A stretch of DNA of 63,694 nt, counting the filler. It is 3 parts of 3 records of this genome, joined end to end, with 100 filler letters (N's around TTAATTAATTAA, not from the genome) between each part and the next. Parts side by side here need not be neighbours in the genome. Positions count along the whole stretch, not along the records: positions 1 to 23,211 come from DRR378314_96; 2 more parts are not named here. One strand, given 5' to 3'. Shown here piece by piece: positions 7,601-17,186 of this stretch. A program made the translations under genes and the position numbers. The notes below the pieces were generated by a model. It ran no database searches and was not told the DNA's origin. It saw only the letters and a list, made by a program, of their open reading frames with translations. Positions within the stretch are counted from its first letter, which is position 1. Each line of letters opens with the position of its first letter.

Positions 7601-8806
7601 ATGAAAAAAGTAATTATTGGTTTACTTTGTTTAATGTTCTTTCAAATTGTAGTATCCCAAAACAAAGGAACTGGTTTAATTCCCTTGACCCCTGAGGAAA
7701 TGTTAAAAATCCAGGAGGTCCACAGCGAATTTATTGGAGCAGGGGATTTGTTATACGACAAATTATCAAGTTCCTACGGGGATGAGAATCAAGAACGTTT
7801 TGACTTGCGTTCGGTAAACGGAATATCCGAAGTTAAGGATCAATTCGAATGTGGGTCTTGCTGGGCATTTTCCACCTTGGCGGCGATGGAATCTAGCAAC
7901 CTACTAATTAATCAAAAGCAAATAGATTTAAGTGAACAACAATTGGTCAATTGCATAGGACAAAGCAAAGGTTGTAATGGTGGTTACCCGGAAATGGCAT
8001 TACAAGAGCTACTAAAGAGTGATAAAGGAGTAGTGAGTGAAAAGGAAATTCCCTACCAAAATAAAAAGGGGTATTGTGCCATTGCCCAAAATTCACCTGT
8101 AAAAGTTTCCAACTGGGGACAATTGGATGATAATGCCTCCATAACTGAAATTAAGAGGGCTATTGTAAAACACGGCGCGGTCATAGCTGCTTTGAACGCC
8201 AGTAGTACCGCTTTTCAGTCTTACAATAGTAAATCTGGAATATTACAGGATAAAAATACAGGAAAGGTGAGTCACGCCGTGGTCCTGGCAGGCTGGGATG
8301 ATGCCAAACAAGCATGGCTCATAAAAAACTCCTGGGGAATAAAATGGGGGCAAGAGGGCTATGGCTGGGTAAAATATGGTAAACAAGACCTTAAACGATT
8401 TTCATGGGTAGATGTTACACGGTTGGATGAAAGTTATCAGTTGCCAAAATTTACGGAAGCTGATAAGTATACATTAAACATATCAAGTGTGTTGGGATCA
8501 ATTCAAGATTATCAAATCCTCGGCTTATTTATAGATAGCGGTAAAAAAGTTTATAGATATGGCATGAATAAAAAAAATGTCAAGTACAATAATAAGGTGA
8601 AGTTAACACCTGGGGCACACAAAATTAAGGTTGTTACATATTCGAAAGTCTCCAAGGATGGTAAAAAATCTACGATTTTGGGGGAAAGTATGGCCAAAAC
8701 AATTGTGATGAACGCAGATAAATCGTTTAAATTATCGTACAAGAAACGTATAAAAAATCCAAATGTCTTTTCGTTAGAATTGGAGGAGGAAAAAGTAGAG
8801 CGGTAA
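7601..8806 (+). CDS. Secreted papain-like cysteine peptidase (C1A) with a C-terminal extension
   Basis: Signal peptide; DQFECGSCWAFS (catalytic Cys), LSEQQLVNC, GCNGG, SHAV (His), IKNSWGIKWG (Asn). Confidence 0.93.
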   Translation: MKKVIIGLLCLMFFQIVVSQNKGTGLIPLTPEEMLKIQEVHSEFIGAGDLLYDKLSSSYGDENQERFDLRSVNGISEVKDQFECGSCWAFSTLAAMESSNLLINQKQIDLSEQQLVNCIGQSKGCNGGYPEMALQELLKSDKGVVSEKEIPYQNKKGYCAIAQNSPVKVSNWGQLDDNASITEIKRAIVKHGAVIAALNASSTAFQSYNSKSGILQDKNTGKVSHAVVLAGWDDAKQAWLIKNSWGIKWGQEGYGWVKYGKQDLKRFSWVDVTRLDESYQLPKFTEADKYTLNISSVLGSIQDYQILGLFIDSGKKVYRYGMNKKNVKYNNKVKLTPGAHKIKVVTYSKVSKDGKKSTILGESMAKTIVMNADKSFKLSYKKRIKNPNVFSLELEEEKVER

Positions 8807-8883
8807 GTGATTCTTATAAGACGCCATTGGATTAGCGCATCGTTTCCTTTCCAATCAAGTATAACCAACTAATAACCAGTTAA

Positions 8884-10893
8884 GTGACCAGACAAGAGTT
8901 TCATAATAGATATAAATACAATAACAAAGACCATAAAATTGGTGGCGGCGCTTTTGGTACGGTATATAAGGCGTATGATTGCACTTTGGACAGGGAGGTG
9001 GCCATAAAGGTACAGGAGATACAGGAAATTGAGGGCAAAGAGTTTTCCCTTCAGTTGGAGTACGACGCTATAAAGGCATTGGAAGATCATCCAAATATTG
9101 CCAATTATGAAAGTGTATATAGGTATGCGGACGGTCCGGGCCTTTATGATTATGCCATTATGCAGTTTTATCCCTTGGGGAACCTTTCATCTTATCTGAA
9201 AAACAATACTATTGGCAATGGGGAAAGGAATAAAATTTTGGTTCAGATTTTACAAGGTATAGCCTACCTTCATCATAATAGAGTGGTACATAGGGATATT
9301 AAACCTGGAAATATATTGGTAGTGAACCGGCCTGGGGTAGGAATAATACCCAAAATAACTGATTTTGGACTGAGCAAGCTAGCGGAAATCCAGAATGATT
9401 ATTCACAATTTCAGAACAGTTTTGCAGGGGGTACTGTGGAGTATAGCTCTCCTGAGCAACTTAAGGGACTTCCTCTAAAATTCAATACGGATCTATGGAG
9501 TTTTGGAGTTATCATATTCGAAGTTTTTACTGGTAGAACACTTTTTGATGTAGATGGATACAGTGCTGGAAGTGCAGGGAAGCAGGGTGAAATAATGCAA
9601 CAAATATTTAAGAAAGACTTACTTGAGGATATAAAATTGCTTCCGGAAGATTGGCAACCAATTACAAGATTTTGTTTGGAAAGGGATCCAGAAAAAAGAC
9701 CTTTTACAGGTAGGGAACTGTTGAAAAAATTACCGAAAGAATTCTATAAGCTAGAGGAGGATTCCTTTCTAAGGGCAGAAAGCACATTAAAATCCAGTAG
9801 GCAAGAATTATATAGCCCATTGGACGATAGTGATGAGCTTACCACGATTTTAAATCATGAGGTGGCGGTTGATGATACGCCAACGGTCGTTAACCATAAA
9901 AATCAGGAAGTCCCTGAGGGGCCCATACAGGAAAGCCCCAAACCCGTTGGGAACACCGGAAACAAGACCAAGAAACCGATGGTCTTGGCAGCTATTGTTT
10001 TGGTTTGTATCGGTTTATCAGCCTTCCTGATTTCACGGTTTTTGGGAGGAAGTACGGAACCTGAATTTTCCGCGATGGTGCAATTGAACGGCAAAACAGG
10101 ATATATTGATTCCCAAGGCAATTCAATAATTGAGCCAACTTATAATGGGGGATTAAACTTCAGGGAAGGTGTTGCCCCTATTGCTACGGAAGAAGGGTGG
10201 AATTTTATTGACATTGACGGAAATATTGCGGTGAAGGGCGATTTTGATCTGGCTACTCCCTTTTCCGATGGGTTGGCACTTGTGAAAAATAACGAAGGGT
10301 GGTTTTTTATTGATAAGAATGGAAATAACGCCTTTGATCAATTTTATCAAGCTGCCAAGCTTTTTGGTGATGGACTTGCTCCCATAAGAATAAGTGAAGG
10401 TTGGAGTTTTATGGGCCAAGATGGAAAGAGGGCATTTTCTGGTATATATGACAATGTACATTCTTTTTCGAATGGTTTGGCAGGAGTAAATAAACAGGGG
10501 AAATGGGGCTTTATCGATTTAACCGGAGAACAAGTAATTAATTTTAATTACTTAGGGGTAGAAAAATATTCTGAAGGATTAATGGGGGTGTTAATAGGTG
10601 AGAATAAATGGCAATTTATTGATAAGGGTGAAAACCTAGCGTTTAATGACACTTTTGAACAAGTGGGAATATTTTCTGAGGGTTTGGCAGCGGTAAAAAA
10701 AGGAAATAAATGGGGGTTTGTTGACAAAAAAGGAAAGCTAATAATTGATTTTAAGTATGAAAATACTGGGAATTTTGTTAATGGGATTGCACCAGTAAAA
10801 TTAAATTCCAAATGGACTTATATAGACAAAAACAATAAACAAATAATAGAGCAAATCTATGACCGTGTAGAGGATTTTGAACTCGTAAATTGA
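8884..10893 (+). CDS. Membrane Hanks-type Ser/Thr kinase with extracytoplasmic WG repeats
   Basis: GGGAFGTV, AIK, HRDIKPGN, DFG, SPE, DLWSFG; TM at ~aa 366-386; repeated F(S)EGLA.V....KWGFID units. Confidence 0.95.
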   Translation: MTRQEFHNRYKYNNKDHKIGGGAFGTVYKAYDCTLDREVAIKVQEIQEIEGKEFSLQLEYDAIKALEDHPNIANYESVYRYADGPGLYDYAIMQFYPLGNLSSYLKNNTIGNGERNKILVQILQGIAYLHHNRVVHRDIKPGNILVVNRPGVGIIPKITDFGLSKLAEIQNDYSQFQNSFAGGTVEYSSPEQLKGLPLKFNTDLWSFGVIIFEVFTGRTLFDVDGYSAGSAGKQGEIMQQIFKKDLLEDIKLLPEDWQPITRFCLERDPEKRPFTGRELLKKLPKEFYKLEEDSFLRAESTLKSSRQELYSPLDDSDELTTILNHEVAVDDTPTVVNHKNQEVPEGPIQESPKPVGNTGNKTKKPMVLAAIVLVCIGLSAFLISRFLGGSTEPEFSAMVQLNGKTGYIDSQGNSIIEPTYNGGLNFREGVAPIATEEGWNFIDIDGNIAVKGDFDLATPFSDGLALVKNNEGWFFIDKNGNNAFDQFYQAAKLFGDGLAPIRISEGWSFMGQDGKRAFSGIYDNVHSFSNGLAGVNKQGKWGFIDLTGEQVINFNYLGVEKYSEGLMGVLIGENKWQFIDKGENLAFNDTFEQVGIFSEGLAAVKKGNKWGFVDKKGKLIIDFKYENTGNFVNGIAPVKLNSKWTYIDKNNKQIIEQIYDRVEDFELVN

Positions 10894-10930
10894 ATTGGAT
10901 AAATTATTGCAACATAAATTAAAACACCAA

Positions 10931-11815
10931 ATGAAAATGAAATTACAACTTTTAAAAATGCAGCACACCGTACTTTTTCTTATTTTAATATTGTGTATTT
11001 CCCCTGGGATATCACAAAATTTAAAAAATAAGAAAACAACCATTGGTCTTACCACTTTTGAGGCATTGGACGAAAAAAATTATAGGGAGGCAGAACTGCT
11101 TACAGAAACTGTAAAGGAACTTTTTGTAGAATCTAAAAGATATATACCCCTAGACAGGACCACCTATGCCGAAACTGCCAAGTATAAGGAAATAGAGGTT
11201 CAAAAGAATGTTAGTTTTATCAATGGGGTAGTGGCCAAACAAGGGCGTCAAAAAGGAGCAAAGTATTTGGTAGGTGGTAAATTAACGGCTGTTGAATATG
11301 CGGATATGAAAAACGGTATTGATTGTAAGCTTAGTTTTAGCATCAATATCTCCAGTGTTGAGACAGGTGAGTTAATGGCTTCAGAAACATTTACCCCGGG
11401 GCCAATAGCCATTTCAGCGGATGGCATAGACGAAATTAGCGCTATGTCGACCCAAATAAACCTCTTAAGAAATAAAATAGGGAATTTCATTATTGCCAAC
11501 ACCCCATTTTCCGTTGAGATAATTCAATTGGAAAAGACTAAAAAAGGGGCCAATATTCTTATTAATGTAGGAGTGGATGAAGGTGTTGAAAAAGGAAACA
11601 GGTTTGCCATTTATAAGGTTTCCAGTATTGCAGGGCTTACCCGTAAACAAGAAATCATTAAGTTTTCCATAGACGAAGTCCAAGGGGGTATTTCAGTTGG
11701 TGGTATCAAAAAGAATATGGTAGATGAGTTGGATCAATTGATCAATGATCCAAATGTGGAGCTTAGTTGTGAAGAAATAGAATGTAAAATATGTTTCAAT
11801 AATCTTAAAATATAA
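10931..11815 (+). CDS. Secreted CsgG/HfaB-like protein with a C-terminal beta domain
   Basis: Signal peptide; RYIPLDR...GRQKGAKYLVGGKLT...SSVETGELMAS; INVG.DEGVEKG.RFAIY. Confidence 0.7.
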   Translation: MKMKLQLLKMQHTVLFLILILCISPGISQNLKNKKTTIGLTTFEALDEKNYREAELLTETVKELFVESKRYIPLDRTTYAETAKYKEIEVQKNVSFINGVVAKQGRQKGAKYLVGGKLTAVEYADMKNGIDCKLSFSINISSVETGELMASETFTPGPIAISADGIDEISAMSTQINLLRNKIGNFIIANTPFSVEIIQLEKTKKGANILINVGVDEGVEKGNRFAIYKVSSIAGLTRKQEIIKFSIDEVQGGISVGGIKKNMVDELDQLINDPNVELSCEEIECKICFNNLKI

Positions 11816-12702
11816 TGAAGATCAAATTTACCATTATAGCATTATTATTTGTTCTTGTAGTACAGGCAAAGAAATCCAATGAGCGATTGGTGCTGCCAAG
11901 TATTATGATTATGCCTGGTGAGAAGGCCTATAAGAATATTATAGATAATAAAGTACCCTTTAATTTAAAAGCAGGAATGGCCACCGTAAACGATGCTTTT
12001 AAAAATTTCGGTTATGATACTAGGGATTTTGAAGCGGCATTCAACAAACTCATGAGAGATGGCAAGTTGGACGAATGTAGTCAGTGCAGCTTAACAGAAA
12101 TGTTATTTGAAGATGCGGTGGCGGATGTATTGGTAGAATTGGAGTTTGAATATGTAGAAACAGCCCACGGTAATAAAGTGACAGTAATCGTTGAAGCAAT
12201 TCATTTCTCATCGGCTACATCTTGGGCCAGTGAAGTATGTGAGTCAAATTATTTTAATACGACCGATATTACTGCCCTCACAAAGTCTGCCATTAATCAA
12301 ATGGCTTATGAAGACGAGGAGGGGAACGATGTTTCGTATATAGAACATTTTATGCAGGAAATAGTGGATTATTTGGAAAAGTGTAGTGAGTACGGTGCTA
12401 TTGCCGATATCAGATTTACTATAAGTGGAGATTCGGATTGTAATATGGATTGCAAATTACCACAGGCTTCCAATACCAGGTTAAAGTACGTTTTGGAAGA
12501 TTGGATAGAGGAAACATCCAAAGATGGATACTACAAGATTAAGAGCCAAAGTGAAAATCAACTGATTGTGGAGGAATACCGATATGAATGTAATTCAAGA
12601 ACAAGTAAGATTGAAAGACAACTTTCAAGATTTTTGGATGAATTGGAATTGGATTTTAAGGTGAAAACAAGTAGGGCTACACTTTATGTGGAACTTTATT
12701 AA
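11815..12702 (+). CDS. Secreted protein, DUF6175-like
   Basis: Signal peptide; PSIMIMP, GYDTRDF, ADVLVEL; start overlaps the upstream stop (TAATG). Confidence 0.55.
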   Translation: MKIKFTIIALLFVLVVQAKKSNERLVLPSIMIMPGEKAYKNIIDNKVPFNLKAGMATVNDAFKNFGYDTRDFEAAFNKLMRDGKLDECSQCSLTEMLFEDAVADVLVELEFEYVETAHGNKVTVIVEAIHFSSATSWASEVCESNYFNTTDITALTKSAINQMAYEDEEGNDVSYIEHFMQEIVDYLEKCSEYGAIADIRFTISGDSDCNMDCKLPQASNTRLKYVLEDWIEETSKDGYYKIKSQSENQLIVEEYRYECNSRTSKIERQLSRFLDELELDFKVKTSRATLYVELY

Positions 12703-12706
12703 ATAA

Positions 12707-13657
12707 ATGGATATGAAGAAATTTATAGTTTTGGCTTTATTGTTTTTTGGGCCAACAATATATTCCCAAAATGATGATTTAGGCCAAATTAAACTGGCTG
12801 TAGTAACACCAGATTTTTTACTGGAAGATTTAACAATTGGTCATGTTTCCAAAATTCAGACCAAGATTCAAAGTATGGTCTCCAATTATGGAATGTCCGG
12901 GACCGATTATATCAACGACTTTGTAATTTATCCCAAGTTTGAAATTTATGCCCAGGACATCATTCCCGGAACTTACGGGGATATCCATTCTATTGAAGCA
13001 GAACTGACCCTTTTGGTAGTCGATGCAAAAACGAAGAGTTTATTGGCAGCGGCTTTTCCTTTAAAACTTAAGGGAGAATCTAGAAGAAGTAGGGATGATG
13101 CCATTACTAAAAGTATAGGCCGAATAAAGACCAGTGGACAGGATATTGAAAAATTTATGGGAGTTATAAAGCAAAAAATAATGGAATACTACCAGTCCAA
13201 TTGCAATAGAATATATAATGAGGCCAATGCTAAGCTGAACAATGGTTTGGTTGCAGATGCCATTAATTTATTATTGACCGTTCCCAATAGCCTATCAGGT
13301 GATTGCTATGATAGGATACAATCAAAACTTGTGGAAGCTTATATTGCTTATAGTAACTTTAAATGTAAATCATTGATTACGGAGGCCAAGGCTGCCATAG
13401 GTAAAAATGAGTTGGATTATGCCAGAGGGTTATTGGCACAGATAAGTCAAAATTCAAGCTGCTATTCCGAAGCGCAAAGCCTAATGAAAGGAATTGAAAC
13501 GAATAAAAACAGTGAAAATTCTGAGAAGAACCAAGATGCCGAAGTTAAATTAGAGAAACGAAAAGAAACGGTACTTAAAAAGGCACAAAGGGAGGTGGCC
13601 CAAAAAGACGATAAGGAACAGCTTTGTGATCTGGGTATTGGAGTAGATTGTAATTGA
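12707..13657 (+). CDS. Secreted protein with an N-terminal alpha/beta domain and TPR-like helical C-terminus
   Basis: Signal peptide; two Cys-bounded helical repeats (C...A...A..LL..P/Q..S.CY..A). Confidence 0.7.
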   Translation: MDMKKFIVLALLFFGPTIYSQNDDLGQIKLAVVTPDFLLEDLTIGHVSKIQTKIQSMVSNYGMSGTDYINDFVIYPKFEIYAQDIIPGTYGDIHSIEAELTLLVVDAKTKSLLAAAFPLKLKGESRRSRDDAITKSIGRIKTSGQDIEKFMGVIKQKIMEYYQSNCNRIYNEANAKLNNGLVADAINLLLTVPNSLSGDCYDRIQSKLVEAYIAYSNFKCKSLITEAKAAIGKNELDYARGLLAQISQNSSCYSEAQSLMKGIETNKNSENSEKNQDAEVKLEKRKETVLKKAQREVAQKDDKEQLCDLGIGVDCN

Positions 13658-13674
13658 TAGGTTATCTCAATTTT

Positions 13675-13706
13675 AAAAAAAAGAACCAAAAAGGTTCTTT
13701 TTTTTG
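13675..13706. terminator. Bidirectional intrinsic terminator ending the signalling operon
   Basis: AAAAAAAAGAACC-AAAAA-GGTTCTTTTTTTT. Confidence 0.8.
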
Positions 13707-13808
13707 ACACCAAAAGTTAGGTTTTATAAACTAATTAAAGTCAGTAAAGCGCAGTGTGAAGTCTCCCGCCTTCGCACTACCTGTCCGCCAGACAGGCCCA
13801 TCGGTAGC

Positions 13809-14078
13809 TTAGGACTTTGTAAATAAATAAACTAGAGTGCTTATATAGGCTAGTATTAGCAAAATTAGCGTAAAAAACAGTAGTTGAAATTTGATTTTTT
13901 TCGATTGGATTTCTTCTTGGGAAAGTAGTTTGGAAAAATTGGAAAAATCCTTTAAATGGTTACCTCTGTACCAATATACATGATATCCTTTTTTATGCAA
14001 TATTCTTTTCATGGTATACACTAAAATGACTATAAGTGCACCAACGATAATTAAAAGTTCAATAGGAAGGTTCTTCAT
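13809..14078 (-). CDS. Small membrane protein (2 TM)
   Basis: 89-aa ORF with two hydrophobic segments. Confidence 0.55.
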   Translation of the reverse strand: MKNLPIELLIIVGALIVILVYTMKRILHKKGYHVYWYRGNHLKDFSNFSKLLSQEEIQSKKIKFQLLFFTLILLILAYISTLVYLFTKS

Positions 14079-14207
14079 GCTTCTGTATTACAATAAGGGT
14101 TTGTGAATGTTTATATATACTAAAATAACCATTTCAAATATAATTAAAAAGCTAATTGATTGTGTGGATTTAGTTTTAATGAACAATCAATTAAATAAAA
14201 CTTAAAA

Positions 14208-14915
14208 ATGATGAGAACAGTATTGATCACCATGGTGATAACAATGATTGCCATGAACAGTATTTGGGCAAGAAAAGGTGTTTTTGGGAAAATGGAATCC
14301 ATTGAGGAAATTCAGGAATTGGATGTGTCTGGCCCAAAGGGAGAAGACCTTTATTTGGCTTACAGAACTTCTAGCAGGTTTTTTATAGCAGGTCTTTATT
14401 TTAAAGATCATGGTTATGTTCTTGGTATAAGGGGCCAGTATAATTCATATTATCCACTGGATACCACACGTATTGCGCAACTTCAAGAAGCAGGGCAATT
14501 GCCAAATCCAATGCCGGCGTATGATATTCCTTGGAAGGAATATGCTTTTGGCTATTCGGGCTGGTTAATTTTACCGTTACTTTTTTGGAGATTGTTGCTC
14601 TTTTTTAAAAACTTGGGGGACGATACTACGGACAGGAAAAACCTAAATGATATTCCGGAATGGAATTATAATATGGGACTAAAGAACTATAACCCTAAAA
14701 AAGGACGGCCAGATTATAGAAGTGCCTTTAAATTATTTAAAAAGGCTGCCGAGCAAGGTCATATAGAAGCATTATATAATACCGGGATAATGTTGTGCAA
14801 AGGTCAGGGAATAGAACAAGATCTGGCTCTTGGTTATAAATATCTTACCATGGCGGAACAAAAAGGCCATAGGGAGTCGGCTATTGTAATAAAAAAACTT
14901 CAGGAATTAAATTAA
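14208..14915 (+). CDS. Membrane protein with an exported N-terminal domain and C-terminal Sel1-like repeat
   Basis: Signal peptide, TM at ~aa 115-133, DYRSAFKLFKKAAEQGHIEALYNTGIMLCKGQGIEQD. Confidence 0.8.
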   Translation: MMRTVLITMVITMIAMNSIWARKGVFGKMESIEEIQELDVSGPKGEDLYLAYRTSSRFFIAGLYFKDHGYVLGIRGQYNSYYPLDTTRIAQLQEAGQLPNPMPAYDIPWKEYAFGYSGWLILPLLFWRLLLFFKNLGDDTTDRKNLNDIPEWNYNMGLKNYNPKKGRPDYRSAFKLFKKAAEQGHIEALYNTGIMLCKGQGIEQDLALGYKYLTMAEQKGHRESAIVIKKLQELN

Positions 14916-14925
14916 AATAGAACTA

Positions 14926-16302
14926 GTGAAAATAGAATTAAAACACATAATCGCACATTACGAAGCATTTATTCCTCTGTTGGATCTTATAAAACAAAAT
15001 AATGGAACGGCAATGCTCATAGGTGGAGCTGTAATAGATGGTATTAATAAAATTGAAATTAAGGATGTAGATATTGAGGTTTACGGCCTGCAGTACGAAG
15101 AAATCCACAAGCTGCTGGCACAGCTAAATTTATCTTCAAATATAGTTGGTAAGGCTTTTGGCGTTTTAAAAACAGTGATTCAAGATATAGAAATAGATTT
15201 GTCCGTGCCCAGACGTGAAAATAAGGTAGGTATAGGGCATAAGGGTTTTGAGGTAGAATTGGATATGGCTATGACCCCACTAGAAGCAGGTAGACGTAGG
15301 GATCTCACTATAAATAGTATGTACTTAAACATGCATAATGGAGAATTGGTAGACCCATTTAATGGCTTGGATGACCTGCAGAACGGTATACTTAGGGCAA
15401 CAGATTATAATACGTTTGTAGAAGATCCATTGCGCGTTTTGCGAATAATGCAATTATTACCCAGAAAAGGCACTAGCGTTGAAAAGGAGACCATTGCGTT
15501 GTGCCAGAAAATGACTGATGAATTTTATGAACTTCCTGCAGAACGCGTATTTTCGGAGTGGGAAAAATTATTGTTGAAAGCTGATAAACCTTCAATGGGA
15601 TTGCAATTTTTGAGAGATTGTGGTTGGTTAAAACACTTTCCGGAGCTCAATGATTTAATAGGATGCCCTCAAAATCCAATTTGGCACCCGGAGGGAGATG
15701 TATGGGTACATACTTGTATGGTAATTGACCAAGCAGCTAAACTAAGGGACCAATTGCCCAATAGTGATTGGCGTCTCGCTTTTATGTTCGGGGCATTATT
15801 GCACGATGTGGGAAAACCATCTACAACTACTCCAGATTTAAGGGCATACGGGCACGATGCTGCAGGAGTTCCAATTGCTGAGGCTTTTATGAAGCGCATG
15901 ACCAATAATAAAAGTTTAATAAAAAAAGTAATCACTATTGTTGGGCTTCATATGAGGCCTGGGCAATTATTCAATTCAGGTGCTAAAGAACCAGCTTGGA
16001 AAAGATTACATAACAAATGTAGACTTGATGTTTTGGGGTGGCAGAGTAAGGCAGATTCTGCCGGAAGAACAGGTAGGAACGTATTAAGTGATAAGCATGA
16101 AACTTCTGAGATGTGTTTCCAATTGTTTCAGAAATTTGGTGAAGAGGAAATCGCACCTTTGGTCCAAGGAAAAGATTTGATCGTGCTTGGGTTAAGACCA
16201 TCCAAAGAATTTGGAATAATTTTAGCGAAAAGCTATGAACTACAACTGGAGGGGGAGAAAAAAGAAGCAATACTCTTAAAAATAAAGAATAACACTATTT
16301 AG
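14926..16302 (+). CDS. cca: Class II tRNA nucleotidyltransferase (CCA-adding-like) fused to an HD phosphohydrolase
   Basis: IGGAV.D, KDVDIEV, RRDLTINS, EDPLRVLR, HPEGDVWVHT, LLHDVGK. Confidence 0.88.
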   Translation: MKIELKHIIAHYEAFIPLLDLIKQNNGTAMLIGGAVIDGINKIEIKDVDIEVYGLQYEEIHKLLAQLNLSSNIVGKAFGVLKTVIQDIEIDLSVPRRENKVGIGHKGFEVELDMAMTPLEAGRRRDLTINSMYLNMHNGELVDPFNGLDDLQNGILRATDYNTFVEDPLRVLRIMQLLPRKGTSVEKETIALCQKMTDEFYELPAERVFSEWEKLLLKADKPSMGLQFLRDCGWLKHFPELNDLIGCPQNPIWHPEGDVWVHTCMVIDQAAKLRDQLPNSDWRLAFMFGALLHDVGKPSTTTPDLRAYGHDAAGVPIAEAFMKRMTNNKSLIKKVITIVGLHMRPGQLFNSGAKEPAWKRLHNKCRLDVLGWQSKADSAGRTGRNVLSDKHETSEMCFQLFQKFGEEEIAPLVQGKDLIVLGLRPSKEFGIILAKSYELQLEGEKKEAILLKIKNNTI

Positions 16303-16387
16303 ATTGCCATATATATTCTATAAGAAGCGCAAAAGGGTGCTTTTTTACAGTAGAACAATTGCCCAACCTTAATCGAATACCTTAAAG

Positions 16388-16416
16388 AAAGAGTCCACAT
16401 TTATGGGCTCTTTTTT
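16388..16416 (+). terminator. Intrinsic terminator after the CCA-HD gene
   Basis: AAAGAGTCCA-CATTTA-TGGGCTCTTTTTT. Confidence 0.65.
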
Positions 16417-16526
16417 GTTTCCTATACTAAATACTTGGTTTTATACAACAAAAAAGTATGGAGGCGCCAACTGAAAATATATTTGAGCCATCAAATAATA
16501 TTAACAACATTCCAAAACTTGAAACC

Positions 16527-17141
16527 ATGAAAAATTTTAAAAACCCATTGGCCCTTTTATTAGTATTTACGATCCTATTCGTTAGCTGTGACAACAAGAA
16601 GCAGAAAGAATTGGCCAGGCAAAAGAATTATGAAATAGGAATATTGCAATCCAAACTTATGGATTACCAATCTTATCGCAATTTATTGGATTCGGAGTTG
16701 ATCAATCAACAGGCCAAATTAACAGACTATAGCCGGTATAAATTTCAATTGGAATCCAAGTTAGAAGATTACGAAAGTAAGGTAACAGCTTACCTCATGG
16801 ACCATAAAATGGCGGTGGCCTGTATAGTTGGGGGTTTGGGAGGTGCCAGTGTTTCCTTTGATACCACCAATGAGTTGTCCAGAGAGGTAAAAGACGTAGC
16901 AGGCGCCGTAACGGCCATCAGCGCTATCTACGCCGTCTTAAACTACTCAGAGGTTTCAGAGGTAGCTGATGTTTTGGTTCAGGCAGATAGCCATGTGAAA
17001 AACATAAAGAAGGAGATTGGAAAAGTAGATGCGTTAATTAAAAACACCAAGTATGATATTGGGGATAAAGAGCTGAAGTTGATTGCTATGAAGAAGAACA
17101 TAATTGCAACTAGGACTAGGATAGCACAATTAAATATTTAA
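16527..17141 (+). CDS. Coiled-coil lipoprotein with a central Gly/Ala hydrophobic hairpin
   Basis: Lipobox LFVSC; heptad-rich flanks; MAVACIVGGLGG...AGAVTAISAIYAV. Confidence 0.75.
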   Translation: MKNFKNPLALLLVFTILFVSCDNKKQKELARQKNYEIGILQSKLMDYQSYRNLLDSELINQQAKLTDYSRYKFQLESKLEDYESKVTAYLMDHKMAVACIVGGLGGASVSFDTTNELSREVKDVAGAVTAISAIYAVLNYSEVSEVADVLVQADSHVKNIKKEIGKVDALIKNTKYDIGDKELKLIAMKKNIIATRTRIAQLNI

Positions 17142-17186
17142 GAATCAATTCCTTGTTTTTTTATTAAAACCCAAGCCTGCATTTAA

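Noticed and set aside
10080-10880. Periodic repeats in the kinase 3' half as a possible CRISPR or DNA repeat array
   Set aside because: They are degenerate protein-level WG repeats within an ORF; no identical repeats with unique spacers and no cas genes
3373-10893. Type VI secretion system call from the kinase/PP2C/FHA genes
   Set aside because: No Hcp, VgrG, sheath, baseplate or ClpV genes are visible
10931-11815. Curli biogenesis operon
   Set aside because: Only a CsgG-like domain; no curlin repeats or CsgE/F
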